A stretch of 64,000 nucleotides of DNA from Octopus vulgaris (taxonomy: Eukaryota), in assembly GCA_951406725.2 (NCBI GenBank), contig OX597825.1:1178001-1242000 (forward strand), read 5' to 3'. Below are positions 38,197-52,238 of the stretch, piece by piece. Below the pieces are notes generated by a model, which did not search any database, was not told the origin of the DNA, and saw only the letters and a list, made by a program, of their open reading frames with translations. The translations under genes and the position numbers were made by a program. Each line of letters starts with the position of its first letter. The first letter of the stretch is position 1.

Positions 38197-40944
38197 CAAA
38201 CTATTGCTGGCATGAATGGGACAAAAGCAGGAACATTTGTGATATAGAAGTCGACAATAAACAAATAAATAGAAAGTAATATAGACAACTCTCCTGTTAG
38301 AGATGACAAATGTTATCGATAGAGGGCATTCCATGAGACAATACACCACACTATATGAAGAAGTCTCACACTGGCTGTGATAAAATATACTCAAAGACAT
38401 AATAACATAGCAAAGCCACTCAACATCTGCTTAGTCACCAAGTTTCAACTACTTGAAGGGAAAACTCTCTAGGACAGATATCAACCACATCTGTCTTTGA
38501 CATTGTGAAAATGCCAGGCAAGATTATTAGAGAATTCTTACAGAACATTTAACCCTGAAGAGTTCAATGCAAGTTTTCTATTGAATGTACTTGTTAACCT
38601 TAGTCATGAAGATTTACTGAAGTCTTGTTTCAAGAAAAGAAACTTGATGTATTCCTCAATTTATAAATAACGGTTTCTAATTCAGTTCTTCAGAATTCAG
38701 ATTCCTCTGTCAAATCTAATGCATATTCATATTGTTTTGAATTAATCAAGCATTATCTTGTAGCACTGACATTTCAATAATGTGATCCTTTAGTTTTAGA
38801 ATGACATTGTAACATTGTAAGGTAAGTGTCAGAGGCCAGATATAACTGGTACGAACACAAAAGAGGTAGAATATTTGCACTGGATATGGCTAGTTTAAAT
38901 GCTAAAGGATTAGGTATATGGCTAGCAATCTTGAAAGGAAGGGTTTAAACTATTACATCAATCCTCAATACTTGACTAGTACTTTACTTTATCAGCTCTG
39001 TAAGAATAAAATTCAATATTGCTCTAGGTGTGATTTGAACTCAGATTGTAAAGACACACAAAAAAAAAAAAAATACTGCAAACTGACAGTTCTGCTGATC
39101 CACTGCCCTTCAAGCCATAAATAATAAATATCATAATAACTAAATTTATTTTCAAGTTACCATGCAGAAAATATATATTTTAAATTATTGTTGAAGTAGA
39201 GTGAATTTTCCAACTTAATAACTCATCAATTTTGTGGCTTTTTCTCTCTTATTACATTTTGATTGATATTATTTCTGAATATATTTAAGTGGCTAAGTAC
39301 ACACAAATATGCATGCATGTGCACATGCACACACACAAGATAGATAGAAAGCTGAATAGATAGGTAGATAGATATGAAAACACATATTCAAACATGCCAT
39401 TGGAAATGGCTGGAATTAAATATCTTATAACAGCACAACTGCAGATGGCCTACAATATAACTGCAGATGCAATTTCAAAAATAACTGCATTAATTATTTT
39501 CATTGGAAAGAAACTTAATAGGGATTATTGTGAACAATATTTCAATATGTATGTAAATTTCAAATTAAACTCACTCCTCACCCCTCTCTCTTTCTCACAC
39601 ATCTAATGAACTACGAATGATACAAACAAGAACAACTTCCCACGTCTTTCTGGTGCAACGGCTTTGTTACATATTTCCCCTAACTTTCCTCCAAATGAAA
39701 GTAAATAATTTTATGTAATAAAATATGGTTAGTAGACTGATGTCCTTGGTTATTCTCTACTGAAGAGAGTCAAACAGATTGAAACAGCAGCTATGCACAA
39801 ACACCAAGGCTCTAGAGGTTGAAATAAAAGAAAATTGAATAAATTCATAAAGATAATATATTATGTTCTTATCACTTCACTTATGGAAAACTAATGGATT
39901 CCTTGCAAGATGATTCTCTTCCTTGCTATAGAAACCAAATGAGTAATCAACTGACATAAAACTCAGCATATTCTGATGAGTTTGGTACCACACAGGACAA
40001 AATGCTTGAACATATTCCTCCCAACTTATATTTCTGAGTTCAAATTCTGCCAGGGTTGACTTTACTTTTCATTATTTTAGGGTTAATAGGACAAGTACTA
40101 GTTAACCCCTGGGGTTGATGTAATCAACTGATTCCTTCCCACTAAATTTACGGGACTTGTGCCTATATTTGAAATCAACTTTTGTGGACAAAAGTAGTGG
40201 ATTTGCAAATTGAGGAAGTAAATTTCTCTGCAGCATCTCTTGTTGGATCAGTCAGCATTGATTTTAAATCAGAGTTTTGTCTCTCGTCTTTCCAGTGGTC
40301 CTTATTAAAAAAATGTAAAATGTGGAAAGATAAACTGGCTGTTACAACAAGCTTTATTACTCCTCCAGTAAACAAACAAGATCTTGGGGCAATGTTGCAG
40401 AAAGAATATTATTTGTATCAGCAAGAGTGATGAATGAGAATAATTAGTAGAGTGGTGATTTAAATGCCTTGCCTTGTTTAATCACCTCCTTTTACATTTC
40501 TAAATTTAAATCTTGCTCAAAATAATTTGGGTATCATCCTCCTGGGATCTATAAAAAAAATGTACCAGTGAAATACTGGTGTCAATCTTATTGATTAGAT
40601 TCTGTCTACAAATTGGTGTCTCATGCCAATATTAGATACCATTATTAAACACCTGATGGTGAGCTGACAGAATTGTTCCTCTGCCAGACAGTATACTTAG
40701 CATTTTTACCATTCCACAGACTTTGGAATCCAGAACCATGTGCTTGGGAAGCAAACCTCTTATCACATATTCTGAGTTCAATTTTGCTTTTCATTCTTCC
40801 AGACTCAATAAAGTACCAATCCAAAGTTGGCATCAATATAAGTCACGTGTTCCTCTCCCCAAACTGCTGGCCTTGTGCTTTGTATGAAATTTTTATGGAT
40901 ATTGGGAATAAACTTTGCAATATTCTAATTAAAATCCCCTGTTA

Positions 40945-41500
40945 ATTATCCACCAAAGGACATTAACTTCCTGGAAACTGTTCAAAGATGTGCAACCAAG
41001 CGAATACCCTCCATCAGGCATCTACCATACTCTGAATGCCTTGCTTCCCTGGGCATACATACATTGAAGCTCCGGTGTCTGGCAACTGACTTGGTAAACA
41101 TCCACATAATTATTAACCATTGTGCCAATAACCACCTTGAGCACCCTTTTGAGTTCCATGTGTCTAACACACATGGGCACTGCCTACAAAGTCAGAAAAC
41201 AGCAGAGCTCCCATGACTTTTGGAAACATCTTTTCACACTCAGAGTTGCTGAAGCCTGGAACAAACTACCAGCATCAGTTGTTAGTTACTGAGACATTGC
41301 ATCCTTTAAAATCTCCATGTTTCCTGAAATTCCCCAACACTACACCTGATATCCCCACCTCCACCACACACATGCACACATGTATATCATGACTCGTACA
41401 CTGTTCACTTTTGTACATAATCCCATGTACTGTACCTGCACCTTTGATGAGTTGTAGTGCACCTGAGCACCATACACAATAATTTCATTATTATTATTTT
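40945..41500 (+). mobile_element. CR1/L2-type LINE 3' end
   Basis: KDINFLETVQRCATKRIPSIRHLPYSECLASLGIHTLKLR and FTLRVAEAWNKLPASVV; ends in (att)n. Confidence 0.85.
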
Positions 41501-43237
41501 CAAAGCTTTTCTTTAACTCCAATTAAGTAAGGTTTCATACAGTAAAGGCAAATATTTGATTTGAGTTGGTGAAATACGAAGAAGATTTGCAAGGGAGTGT
41601 TGTCAGCCATCTCAAACTATCAACTAATAATGTGGTCATTTAAACTGTTAGAAACAGTAGCCAAATCTCCTTCAAACCACACTCTACAATCTTAGATGAA
41701 AGTAAGGGTGTATTAAAAAAATGCAGTCTTCTATATAGAAAAATGGGACTGTCAAGTTTGGAACATCTTTTATGATGGGTGTTATTGATGAGGGCTGACC
41801 TGGGGCTAAACAACAACAACAAGAGAAAATCACTAAAACTCTGGTGAAAATTGCGATGTTGGTAATTGGAAAAGTTTCCTATGGATCAGCTCAGGCTGGA
41901 ATACAAGGCTATAAATTTCACCGAGGAAATCAAATATGCAGAGCAAAAAGTCAGAATTTATTATTCTAGGGGCAGAGAAGTCAAAGTGAGATACGATGCT
42001 AATCAAAATAGAATAAAAAGAAAATTATTGAACAAATCAGGAACTGAGAAATCAGTCGAACTGACATGAAGGTGGTGGTGGTGTTGGTGGTGGTCGATAG
42101 TCATGGAGGTAGAGAGATATGAGTGAAACGAGGGTGATAGAAAGTGTAAAAATAGTGATAAAATGTTGTTCAAATATATCAACGGTACATGAATAATTGC
42201 TTTTGAGTTAGCTTACTGGAGAAAAACAGAATTTAATGATACATGTAAGTTTGAAGATATTCCGACAAAAATTGTGCACTTCAAACAACAATCTATCTGA
42301 ATATATTTGTGTCCATCACAAAAGAATTTTCAAAAATAATCCTTGACATGCTCTTCCCTTCTGATTCCATCACAATATGAGTGATTTCTTGTCAGACAGG
42401 ATATTGAATAGTAGGATATTGTAAAAGAAATGTAATCTATCCTCATATTTTAGATATCGGTATGTTTCCTGCTCATATAGTAAATAAATACACTCGCATC
42501 AGAACTGTTTTAAGGAAGAAAAAAAATCATTTAACTCAGAAGAAATATTTGATATACTGAATATCTATGTGTTTTCTGAACTTTTGGCTTGATCCTTTGA
42601 ACTTACATACAACTGTGCAGCTTGGCCAGTGCATTTGGAAGGAGTCCAGCTTGGAGCAGGAGATTGAGTGGATGGGGTAAATAGAGCAAGTTTCAATTTT
42701 TACAAGAATAAATTAGACCTACTTTTGCCTGTTGTTGTATTGAATCAACTCTGATAGAGTAGACCTGTGATGATCAACATTCTAGCATGACCATCATGTC
42801 TTTGATTCAGGCATAGTATATTATTCAATTATTCCGTTATTTAAAAGATATTACGGTGTGATTTGAAAGAAATTTAGCTATCATTTCTAACAGGTTGAGA
42901 GACCAGGTACAAGTTCTCTTTCCCTCTCATTGACTTAAGCGAGATCTATTGTTTCTTCATAAACATGTTTCTGTTCAGTCAGTTTTGTTTAGTTACATCT
43001 CACAATATTGAGACCGAACCACAAACGAACCTCAACCTGGCCATCACCCTAGCTAGAAAGAGCTGTTAACTTACCTCATATTACACTCTCTTCTATTTAT
43101 AAAATAACAAAGGCCATGTTAGGCAGTATAGTTTTAGATGCCTTTATGTATGGGGAAAAAGACAAGATGGTAACAGCTGAAATGTCTTTGATCATAGGTC
43201 TGCTCAGTTAGAATTCATCTGAAGCTAATTAAAATAT

Positions 43238-43395
43238 AGGTTGGCATTAGGAAGGGCATCCAGCTGTAGAAACACTGCCAGATCAGATTGGGACCTGGTG
43301 CAGCCTCCTGACTTCCCAGACCCCGGTCGAACCGTCCAACCCATGCTAGCATAGAAAACGGACGTTAAACAATGATGATGATGATGATAATGATG
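43238..43395 (+). mobile_element. Young RTE-3'-tail repeat
   Basis: CpG-retaining copy ending in (ATG)n; very similar to 51755-51920. Confidence 0.85.
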
Positions 43396-43854
43396 TCACT
43401 ACAAATGTTGATATCCCATTTTCTCACAAACTCTATAAGGGTAAGGCATAAACTTTACCATTTGTTTTAGATTCCTCATGAAATATGTTGGGGAAAAGCG
43501 AATCAGCAATTTCAAATTTTCAGAGAGTACTAAAAATACTCCACACCTCCCCAAAATAAACAAAAATTGATAACAGAAACAGCAAAATAAATTAAACTTA
43601 AAGAAAAAAATCATGCATTACAATTTGCTAATGCACCTTTGAAATGCAACATGTTTGCCAATGCAATGTACATTAGAAATAGCCTCTCTAACGAGGCCAG
43701 TTCTAATGATGATATTGGATAGCTCAGCTACTTCATATCACTTAATGAAATCTGTTGAATTACCAAAACCCTCCTTCCCCTTCTAAAGTTAGCAGAACAA
43801 GAAATACAGAAATATATATCATCATCATCATCATCATCATCATCCTTTAACATT

Positions 43855-43903
<49 letters not shown>

Positions 43904-44211
43904 ATATAACAGGAATGAAGAAGTGCTAATGAGGATTCTAAATTAGACAAAAAGAAACCCTAAAAAAAAACTATAAAGAAAAGAGAAGCTATTATCAATT
44001 GATAAAATTACTGATGCAAAGTGATAAACGTACGAAGATGAACACATGTTTGCCTACGTGCTTGTGTGTTTGTCTGTTTGCATAAATAATTGTATACTTA
44101 AATTTACTTAGAAAAATAGGAAGAGTATATTTTAAATATCTGCAAAAAAGCAGATTAAATTAATAAATTACATATTCATATCATTCTCCAAGTTTTAAAC
44201 AATCTGTGTGC

Positions 44212-44428
44212 GTGTGTATGTGTTTGTACATGAGAGTGTGTATGCATACTGTGTGTATGTGTTTGTACATGAGAGTGTGTATGCATACTGTGTGTATGTG
44301 TTTGTACATGAGAGTGTGTATGTGTTTGTACATGAGAGTGTGTATGCATACTGTGTGTATGTGTTTGTACATGAGAGTGTGTATGCATACTGTGTGTATG
44401 TGTTTGTACATGAGAGTGTGTATGTATA
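44212..44428. repeat. 38-bp minisatellite (~5-6 units, one shortened)
   Basis: Unit gtgtgtatgtgtttgtacatgagagtgtgtatgcatact. Confidence 0.95.
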
Positions 44429-47077
44429 ATGGATGGATGTAATTATGTGTGAGAATGAATGAAAGTGTGTGCACGTGTTAGGCAATACCTTATAACTTAT
44501 GAATTGGCGATTTTGTTGGTTGTTTTTTCGGTATTGTGTCTTTGGAATCCAAAATGTAAATTTGTAAAGAGAAATGAGCATTTGAATTGGTAATCATGAA
44601 AATCATTCAGATGAAAAACTTTGAAACATACAATATTACATATTTGATATACATTTACAAAACACACATCTATGTCACTGATTATATATATATATGTATA
44701 TATATATGAAATAAATTCTTGAATATGTGAAAACAAGACCATTGCAAACTTTCAAGAAAATAGATCAAAATACATTGCCAGCATGATGCACATAAATCAT
44801 TCAGGATATTACAAAAGAATTTGCGAAATAGAAAGGAGCCAAAAAATTCTAAGTATGAACATGAAAAATATATTTGAACACCATATATTTAGGGATCTGA
44901 GTCCTTTTTTTTTTAGAACAAAATATTTATTGAAATATTCAATGGAATCCTTTTTTTTTCAAATGGGTCTGTTTGTTATTTTTTTTTGTCTTTTTCTTTT
45001 ATTGTGAAAGGCTTTTCATCTGTAATCCTTTGTTTACTTGGATTGAGTATTTCAGTGAAATTTGAACATGTGATAAATCAGTGCAGCAAAAAGGAAAACT
45101 TTATTGTTGCAATTCCCAAAGACTAACTTTTGATTTTTGAAGGGAAAATCGCATTTACCTATTTATTTAACTAAATTGTTGAGGCAGTAAGCTAGACTGA
45201 TGCAAGTGATCTGCGAAATAAGGCAATGTAATGTTAGCAACAGCTATGCCATACAAAGCCCTACCTCCATATAAACACACACATACAAAAACAAAGCTAA
45301 AACAAAATAAGACTGGGTGGTCATGACTGGAATGTCTTTGGTGGTAAATTTGCTAAATACTAACAATAGCAACAACACAGTTATGAAATTCGTTCGTTCA
45401 TTCGTTGCACATCTCCTATTCGTGTTAGCATGGGTTAAATGAATACATACTATGAAGGACTGTTTCTTTACAGCTGGAAGCTCTTCCTGTCACTAACACT
45501 GTCATGTTGAGAATTTTCATTTCACTCTTCTTTGAAAGCATAGGAGCTGGTGAATGATTTGTTGGCAGAGAAGTGTCAACAAACAACACCATTCATAGCT
45601 CAGTGCTTTCTTTATACAAAGTGCAAAAATGTTGGCCTAAATATGGCTCATATCGCTTTTTTTCATTTAGGTATAAAGACAACGTAGAAAGACAGTAATG
45701 TGTTCCATTGTTCACCAAAGAAATTTTAATGCCATTAAATTTAGAAATTATTCTTCCCTAGAAAGAAATATCATTGAAGAAAAAAGAATTACAATCAGGA
45801 ATTTTATAGTTCTTTGACACTGTGTTTATAGTACAGTTGTTCTGAATATTCTTAATTACCACAAGCGGAGAATGATAGTCACAGTACATAAAGTAGTAGT
45901 AATATCAAGGGACAATATGCTCCAGAGAGGAATAAAAATCAAGTTAATAAACAATTATCTCAAATAAAATAAATATATAAACTTCTAAGAAATGTCTAAT
46001 TTTGAAAAGAATTTCATCATTCCAGTTGACTCTACTTGTGCCACAAGTCAGAAATGAAATATTTCTTTGTGTGTGCTTTTGAAATAACTCTGAGATAGGT
46101 AGCAGCAGCAGCAGCAAAGATAGGAATTTATCTATGTTTCTGGAGACTGGTTTGAATGCTTGCAGCAAACTGTATGCCATTTGCTAAAGTCACCTCTGTA
46201 TCAGGTGGTGATGTTGAATTAGACGACTGATTATGTCTATTGTTCAAGAACGGAAAAGATGCCTCTGACAAGCTTCTACACTTGAGCCTGAGGCGATGGT
46301 AGAAGACACGTTGCCAAGATGTCCTACTGTGGGCTTAAGCCTGAGACAAGCTTCTAAACCAAGCAGCCATGCCATGTTACAAAAGCTTCCAATGTAATGA
46401 TCTCACATTTTGGTACAAGGCCTGCAATCTTGGAGGTAGGGCATGGGGGTGGGGCAGTGTTAAATGATTACATCAACCTCAATACATAGCTGATACTTAT
46501 TTAATTGTCTCTGAAAGGATGAAAGGCAAAGCTAACCCAGTTGGCATTTGAACTCAGAATGTAAAGAACCAAAAGAAATGCTGAGAAGCATTTTGTGTAG
46601 CACAGAAATGACTTTTGCCTGCTTTTGCTGCTTCATAAAGCTTCCATTATTAGGAAAAAGAAACATGATCTGGTGTGTGTGTGTGTATCAAAACAGGACA
46701 TTTGAAGAACTTTTTGGTATTATATATCCATCATCTACTTTGGATTACAGGAATAAACATTTGTGCATCGAAAGAACACAATTTGGATTTTAACCCTATC
46801 AATATTATATATATATATGCATGATGTATGTATATTTTTGTGTTGAAGATATTGATAACCTTGTAGGATTGAATTTAAAATGTCATTCTTGAAATATATC
46901 TGAATGTTTTGTTTCAATATTGTTAGAAGCAATTAAAATATTTTTGCCAAATAGTATTTTTTTTGAAATATGATTTGCCATGGCCAATAGACCATTTCTG
47001 TTACAACGCATTTTGACTGCCAACTGATATCAATATCAATCAGTTTCTTTTTCTCTGATAAACAGGTTTCCACTTAC

Positions 47078-47137
47078 CTTGATTTTTGATTAATAGAAAG
47101 CATATGGCCAAGAGAAACTCAAAGAAATGACTCACCT
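47078..47137 (-). other. Candidate recursive splice site with 58-nt RS-exon
   Basis: tttaatggattctttttgttttccttttAG|GTGAGT ... CAAG|GTAAGT. Confidence 0.4.
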
Positions 47138-47612
47138 AAAAGGAAAACAAAAAGAATCCATTAAACTGTGAAGATTTTGTACATTTTATTGAAAAAGTTT
47201 AAATTTCCATAATGACAGGAACCAAACAACCCTTTCATCTATTTGCACACACACACACACACACGTATCTAATATACAAACGTGTATAGTGGTTAAAGAG
47301 TTGGACTAATGCTCATATGACAGTGGGTTTGCTTCTTTGGGTGGTGTATTGTGTCTTTGAGTCACAGCTAATTGCTGTCACAGTTCTCCCCCCCTCCAGC
47401 TGTTACCCCCCTTGATATTCCATTAGATTTAAAGATGAAATAACTGAAAGCATGTCTATATCTACTCTTGACTACAAAGTTAGAGCAATGTGCAAAAGCA
47501 TGACAAATGTTACAGGTTTGCTTGCAAGTGACTGCTATGGTTTACGGTTTTATGAGTACCATTATCATCATTATCTTACATTCACTTTCCATGATGACAT
47601 TAGTGCTGGTGA

Positions 47613-47672
<60 letters not shown>

Positions 47673-48706
47673 GGAGAGAGAGAGACACACACACACACAC
47701 ATATACAATACTAATTGGTTGGCTGTCTTCTGATACCCATAGCTGTAAATAGATATATTTTGTCAATATAAATAGCAGAACTCAATACAACCAGCCAATT
47801 AGTGTGCAGTAGATTTGAAACCACTCTATATGAAGATATTGGTAACAGCTAATAATTCTTGGATTTTGCAGAAGGCAGCTTGCATTTCTGTTCTGTTTAA
47901 CCAAACAATCGAAATATGCAAGCTATCAGATCCTCTAACATTGTAACACATAATAGACGGGTGTTGTATTCTAAGGTCGAGTTAACATTTATCATTAGCT
48001 TAGAACTACAGAATCTGGGGGGGAAAGAAGCACCATCCCCACAAAAAGTAAAGAATAACAGTAAAACATACAAACTGTAATTATAAATTTCCCTCATCCT
48101 CCATTGCTGTCTTATAAAGGATGTGTAGGATAATGTAATTCTACCTGCATTGTTTGAAAGAAAAGACGGTGAGGTCATGGTTGGAAAACTCTTGATTAGA
48201 GATGACTTGGGGTTTAAGCAACCAACAGACTCTCCCAATCCTGGAGTGTCTTCAGAGTGTTAATTCTATAGCCTCGTTGTTGTTGTTGTTATTGTTTATT
48301 GCAAGTCCATCCCTGATCAATGACGAAAGGCATTATAACAATGACTATCTTGTATTTTTCTATGCCTCGTGTATCTAGGACTACATTATCCAACATATCA
48401 TTCCAGGGATGGACTAATACTCAGAGCAGACATGGACTCTCCTAGCTACAGCACAAATAACCCCTCTAGGACAGCAGTAACTCAGAATAAACACTGATAA
48501 AACTGGAGCCTCCCTCATCAATCCCCACCCCTTTTTTTCTTATCAGATTCAGTGCATCTAGGATTACTTTATACACTGAATCCTCTTTTATTTTCGAAAC
48601 TATAGGATGTTTTCGAAACTATAGGATGTGAATTGAAGATGATTTGGTTGCAGTTATTTTAGCTTGTTATGTTTGTGGATATCCTGGTAGAAGATTTATG
48701 TGTGTC

Positions 48707-48750
<44 letters not shown>

Positions 48751-50756
48751 TGGATCTTGCTTTCAGCTCGGTCTATGCTGGAGGTTGGCCTAATAACTAC
48801 CATGCAAAAGAAGACTACTTACTTTCCTTTGGCCATAGTTATAGCAAATATTGTTGAAAGGTACAGTTGGGAACCCTAATCAGGGCTCAAGTGTCAAGTC
48901 TTAATCAGCTTCTGGAACTACCACTTGAAATTGAACATAAAGTCAGAGCAAGAGTTCTGTCCTTTAGTAAATGACATTAGATAAATTTGGTGTAATCCTA
49001 CTCTAAATACACAAAGCAGGAGGCTGGTAACAAGATTTGGAAGGGTAATCTTGGATTAGCTAAGGAGTGCTCCGAATTCCCTAATGTGATTGCCACCACA
49101 TTAGAGGGGATTATTTTTCTTTTTGTTATCAATTGTTGATATCTGTTGATATTATTCATCGCACCCTTTTCTCAGTATAGATCTTTCTTTTTTACTGTTT
49201 TTTTTTCTATTCTATTTTCTCTTTGCATTCATCATCATTTTAATGTCCACTTTGTCATGCTTGCATCGCCTCAACCAAGGGTAACGAGGCAAATTTATGA
49301 CAGTCTTCCAGTTAGCAACTCATAATTATTTCCAAACAAGTTAATATTTTCTCATGGTTTCACAGAACATTGAAAGTGGATAACACACGCTTGCACACAC
49401 ATACACACACACACAATGGGCTTCTCTCAGTTTCTGTCTATCAAATCCACTCATGGCTTTGGTCAGCCCAGAGCTACAGTAGCCCTGAAAGCATTATCAT
49501 TATCATTATTACTATAATTTTTGCTGTTATTATTATCATTACTAGCAGAAAGACCACCCTCCGGGTGGTTTTCTGCTAGCCACTTGATAATATTTTCACA
49601 TTTGATTTCTAATTCTAATAATTTTTATATTTTATGTCTAATCATTTCTTTGTATAATAGTACTCACTTGCTTAGTAAATACTGCTTTCATTATTTTATC
49701 GCAGTCATAATCTCTTTTTTTAAACAAATATCATGGTAGTCCAACAACATAGGGCGAAGCAATTTGTCAAGTGTTACCTTACCCTTAAAGCAACATAGAC
49801 ATTTCAGTTCAGCAGCCCATCTGTAAGCTTTGCAGTGGGTGTGTGTGTGTGTGTGTGTGAAAGAGGGAGAGAGAGAGAGAGATAACATTGTAAACAATGA
49901 ATGAAATAAACATGAAATGAAAAAATCATATAAATAAAAAGGGCATTACTACAGATGTATATGTCCCTGACTTTGTTGTTTCATAACATCCAGGAAAATG
50001 GATACTTTTTAACAAACTTTTTAATAAACATCGCTTAGATGTTGTGGCTTCAGATTATATAGGGATTTATAGGAAAGAATTTTTCTGAGGGGGTAGAGAG
50101 AGGAGTTTCAGGAAATTCTCATGATCTGACTTTTTTCCCTCATAACTTTCAGGAAGATGAGTATTTTTTAACGAAAATTCATACAAATCCCTTTCAAATG
50201 ACATAGATTACGATTATAAAGAAATTTGTGGGGAAAAATTTTGAGGGATTTTCCCCATTTATTTTAAACCACTGACTTTAAAATGATGAGTTTGGTGGGG
50301 CATCTTTGTATGAAAAAAGTTTTGAAAACTTTGTTTTTACACCCCCTCTCCCTCATCATACCACTCCAGTTCTATTTGGGCCAATTTTTTTTTTTGCACT
50401 TCAAAACCATGGAAAGAACACTTTCAGTAAAATGCTAAAAAAAAATTGTTAATATTTTCAGAAGGAAATGTAAGTGATTTAAGGGTGATTTGGCTGTTGC
50501 TTCTAGCATATCCAAAGATAACCCTCCTCGTTTCTTTATCACTCTCATATGTATTGATGTTTTTCAATATTTCCCCCCCATAAATACATTTATATGCTAT
50601 AAAAAAGAAAATCTGAGAAATTATGAATTTTTTGCAACCCCACTCTCTACCCCTGATTGTTTCTGTTTAGAAATTAAAATATTGAAGAGCCTGAAAAGGT
50701 CATTGCTGGCATTTTTAGGAGGAGGTAAAAAATACACATACCATCCATTTTTGGCA

Positions 50757-50785
50757 TAACCCTAACCCTAAACCCTAACCCTAAA
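50757..50785. repeat. Short interstitial (CCCTAA)n telomere-like tract
   Basis: aaccctaaccctaaaccctaaccctaa, flanked by an imperfect inverted repeat. Confidence 0.85.
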
Positions 50786-50894
50786 TACTGGGTGTGCATA
50801 TTCTTTATCTTTGCCAGTATTTATCCACAGTGATTTAAAAAAGATGTACTTGCATAGCAAGTGACTTGATCTGAGATCATGTGCTGAAACAAAA

Positions 50895-51190
50895 ACAATT
50901 GCAGTGGGAAATATGTTTGTAAGCCATTCAAGATCACACAAAACCCGTTAGTTCCACTTCAACATTTAAATTTCATTTGTGTCAAAATATTTTCACCGCT
51001 TTGAAACTATCACCAGTTCACTGACAAAACTTCACAAAAGTGATGCAGCACAAAGTTTTGTCAGTGAACAGGTCGTAGTTTCAAAGCGGTGAAAATATTT
51101 TGACACAAATGAAATTTAAATGTTGAAGTGGAACTAACGGGTTTTGTGTGTTCTTGAATGGCTTACAAACATCTTCCGTACAGCAATTGT
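50895..51190. repeat. Long hairpin, ~138-bp arms and 20-nt loop
   Basis: cacacaaaacccgttagttccacttcaacatttaaatttcatttgtgtcaaaatattttcaccgctttgaaacta matches its reverse complement exactly in the core. Confidence 0.97.
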
Positions 51191-51264
51191 TGTTGATTTT
51201 AAAAAGGAGTTATGTAAATGTTAATTCATTTTAATAGCGTACTTTTCGGTTAGAAAATATTTTT

Positions 51265-51307
<43 letters not shown>

Positions 51308-52205
51308 CCACTTGATTGAGGTGGGGTAAAAATTTAGATTACAATTTATTTTGTTGTTTTTCTTCCACCAATGGACCACGTGTGTGCTACTTTGGCATCA
51401 TTACTCCATAAAATGTGTTTAATGGGAGAAAAATATTGAAAAAACATCAATACATGTAAGAGTGAAAACGGAGTTTGGGTTGTGCTAGAAACAACAGCAA
51501 AACCCCCCTTGAATTGTTCACCTTTTCCTCTGAAAATATTTACAATTTTTTTTTTTTTTACCATAAAGGCTCCTCCTGTGGTTTTTAAGTTAAAAAGGAA
51601 AATGGCCAAAATCGGTCCAGATAGTTATTACTGGAAGGCTTATAGCATTCCAAACAGTTATAACAACAAAATCACTTTTAAATTATTTTACAAAAATTCC
51701 AAGGGTATTTAAACAAATTTTCATTCAATAAATAATGTTTTTACATTACGTATACTACACTCTCGGAGTGGTTGGCGTTAGGAAGGGCATCCAGCTGTAG
51801 AAACACTGCCAGATCTGACTGGACTGGTGCAGCTTTCGGGCTCCCCAGACCCCAGTTGAACCGTCCAACCCATGCTAGCATGGAAAGCGGACGTTAAATG
51901 ATGATGATGATGATGATGATGTATACAATAGCAAATTAAAACTTGAAATTGAAACAGTAAAAGAGAAATTGAGAGACTTCGCAAATGAAAATGGAATACT
52001 CTGCAGTGAATGCAATGAATATTTAAATTTGTAAGAAACTGGAGTTAAAAAATTCAATAAGCTTGAGAAATTGAAATATATTGCTTAGAACACAAATTTA
52101 TGAAAATATTTCCAGACGGTCAACCCTTAAATAATTGCTTTCTTTTAGTGCTTTTAGTAATTGTTACATACCTAATTAATAAGAAGCTTTCTCCATTGTA
52201 GTAGA

Positions 52206-52238
<33 letters not shown>

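Larger units (their letters stand above)
49960..51620. mobile_element. Foldback/MITE-like DNA element(s) with long diverged inverted arms
   Basis: 50374-50581 is a reverse-complement match to 51423-51610; further internal direct and inverted subrepeats at 49985-50230 and 50600-50660. Confidence 0.6.

Noticed and set aside
42250-42500. Possible mariner remnant on the minus strand
   Set aside because: Only a vague W.NQKG-like similarity; too degraded to support
43624-43681. Possible pre-miRNA hairpin
   Set aside because: Too many central mismatches; no known mature miRNA recognised
44176-44581. Repetitive peptide ORFs / CRISPR-like periodicity
   Set aside because: Head-to-tail 38-bp minisatellite with no unique spacers; eukaryotic context
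50850-51045. Pieces resembling miR-153 (ttgcatag and tcacaaaagtgat)
   Set aside because: The halves are ~180 bp apart inside a repeat; no contiguous mature sequence or precursor
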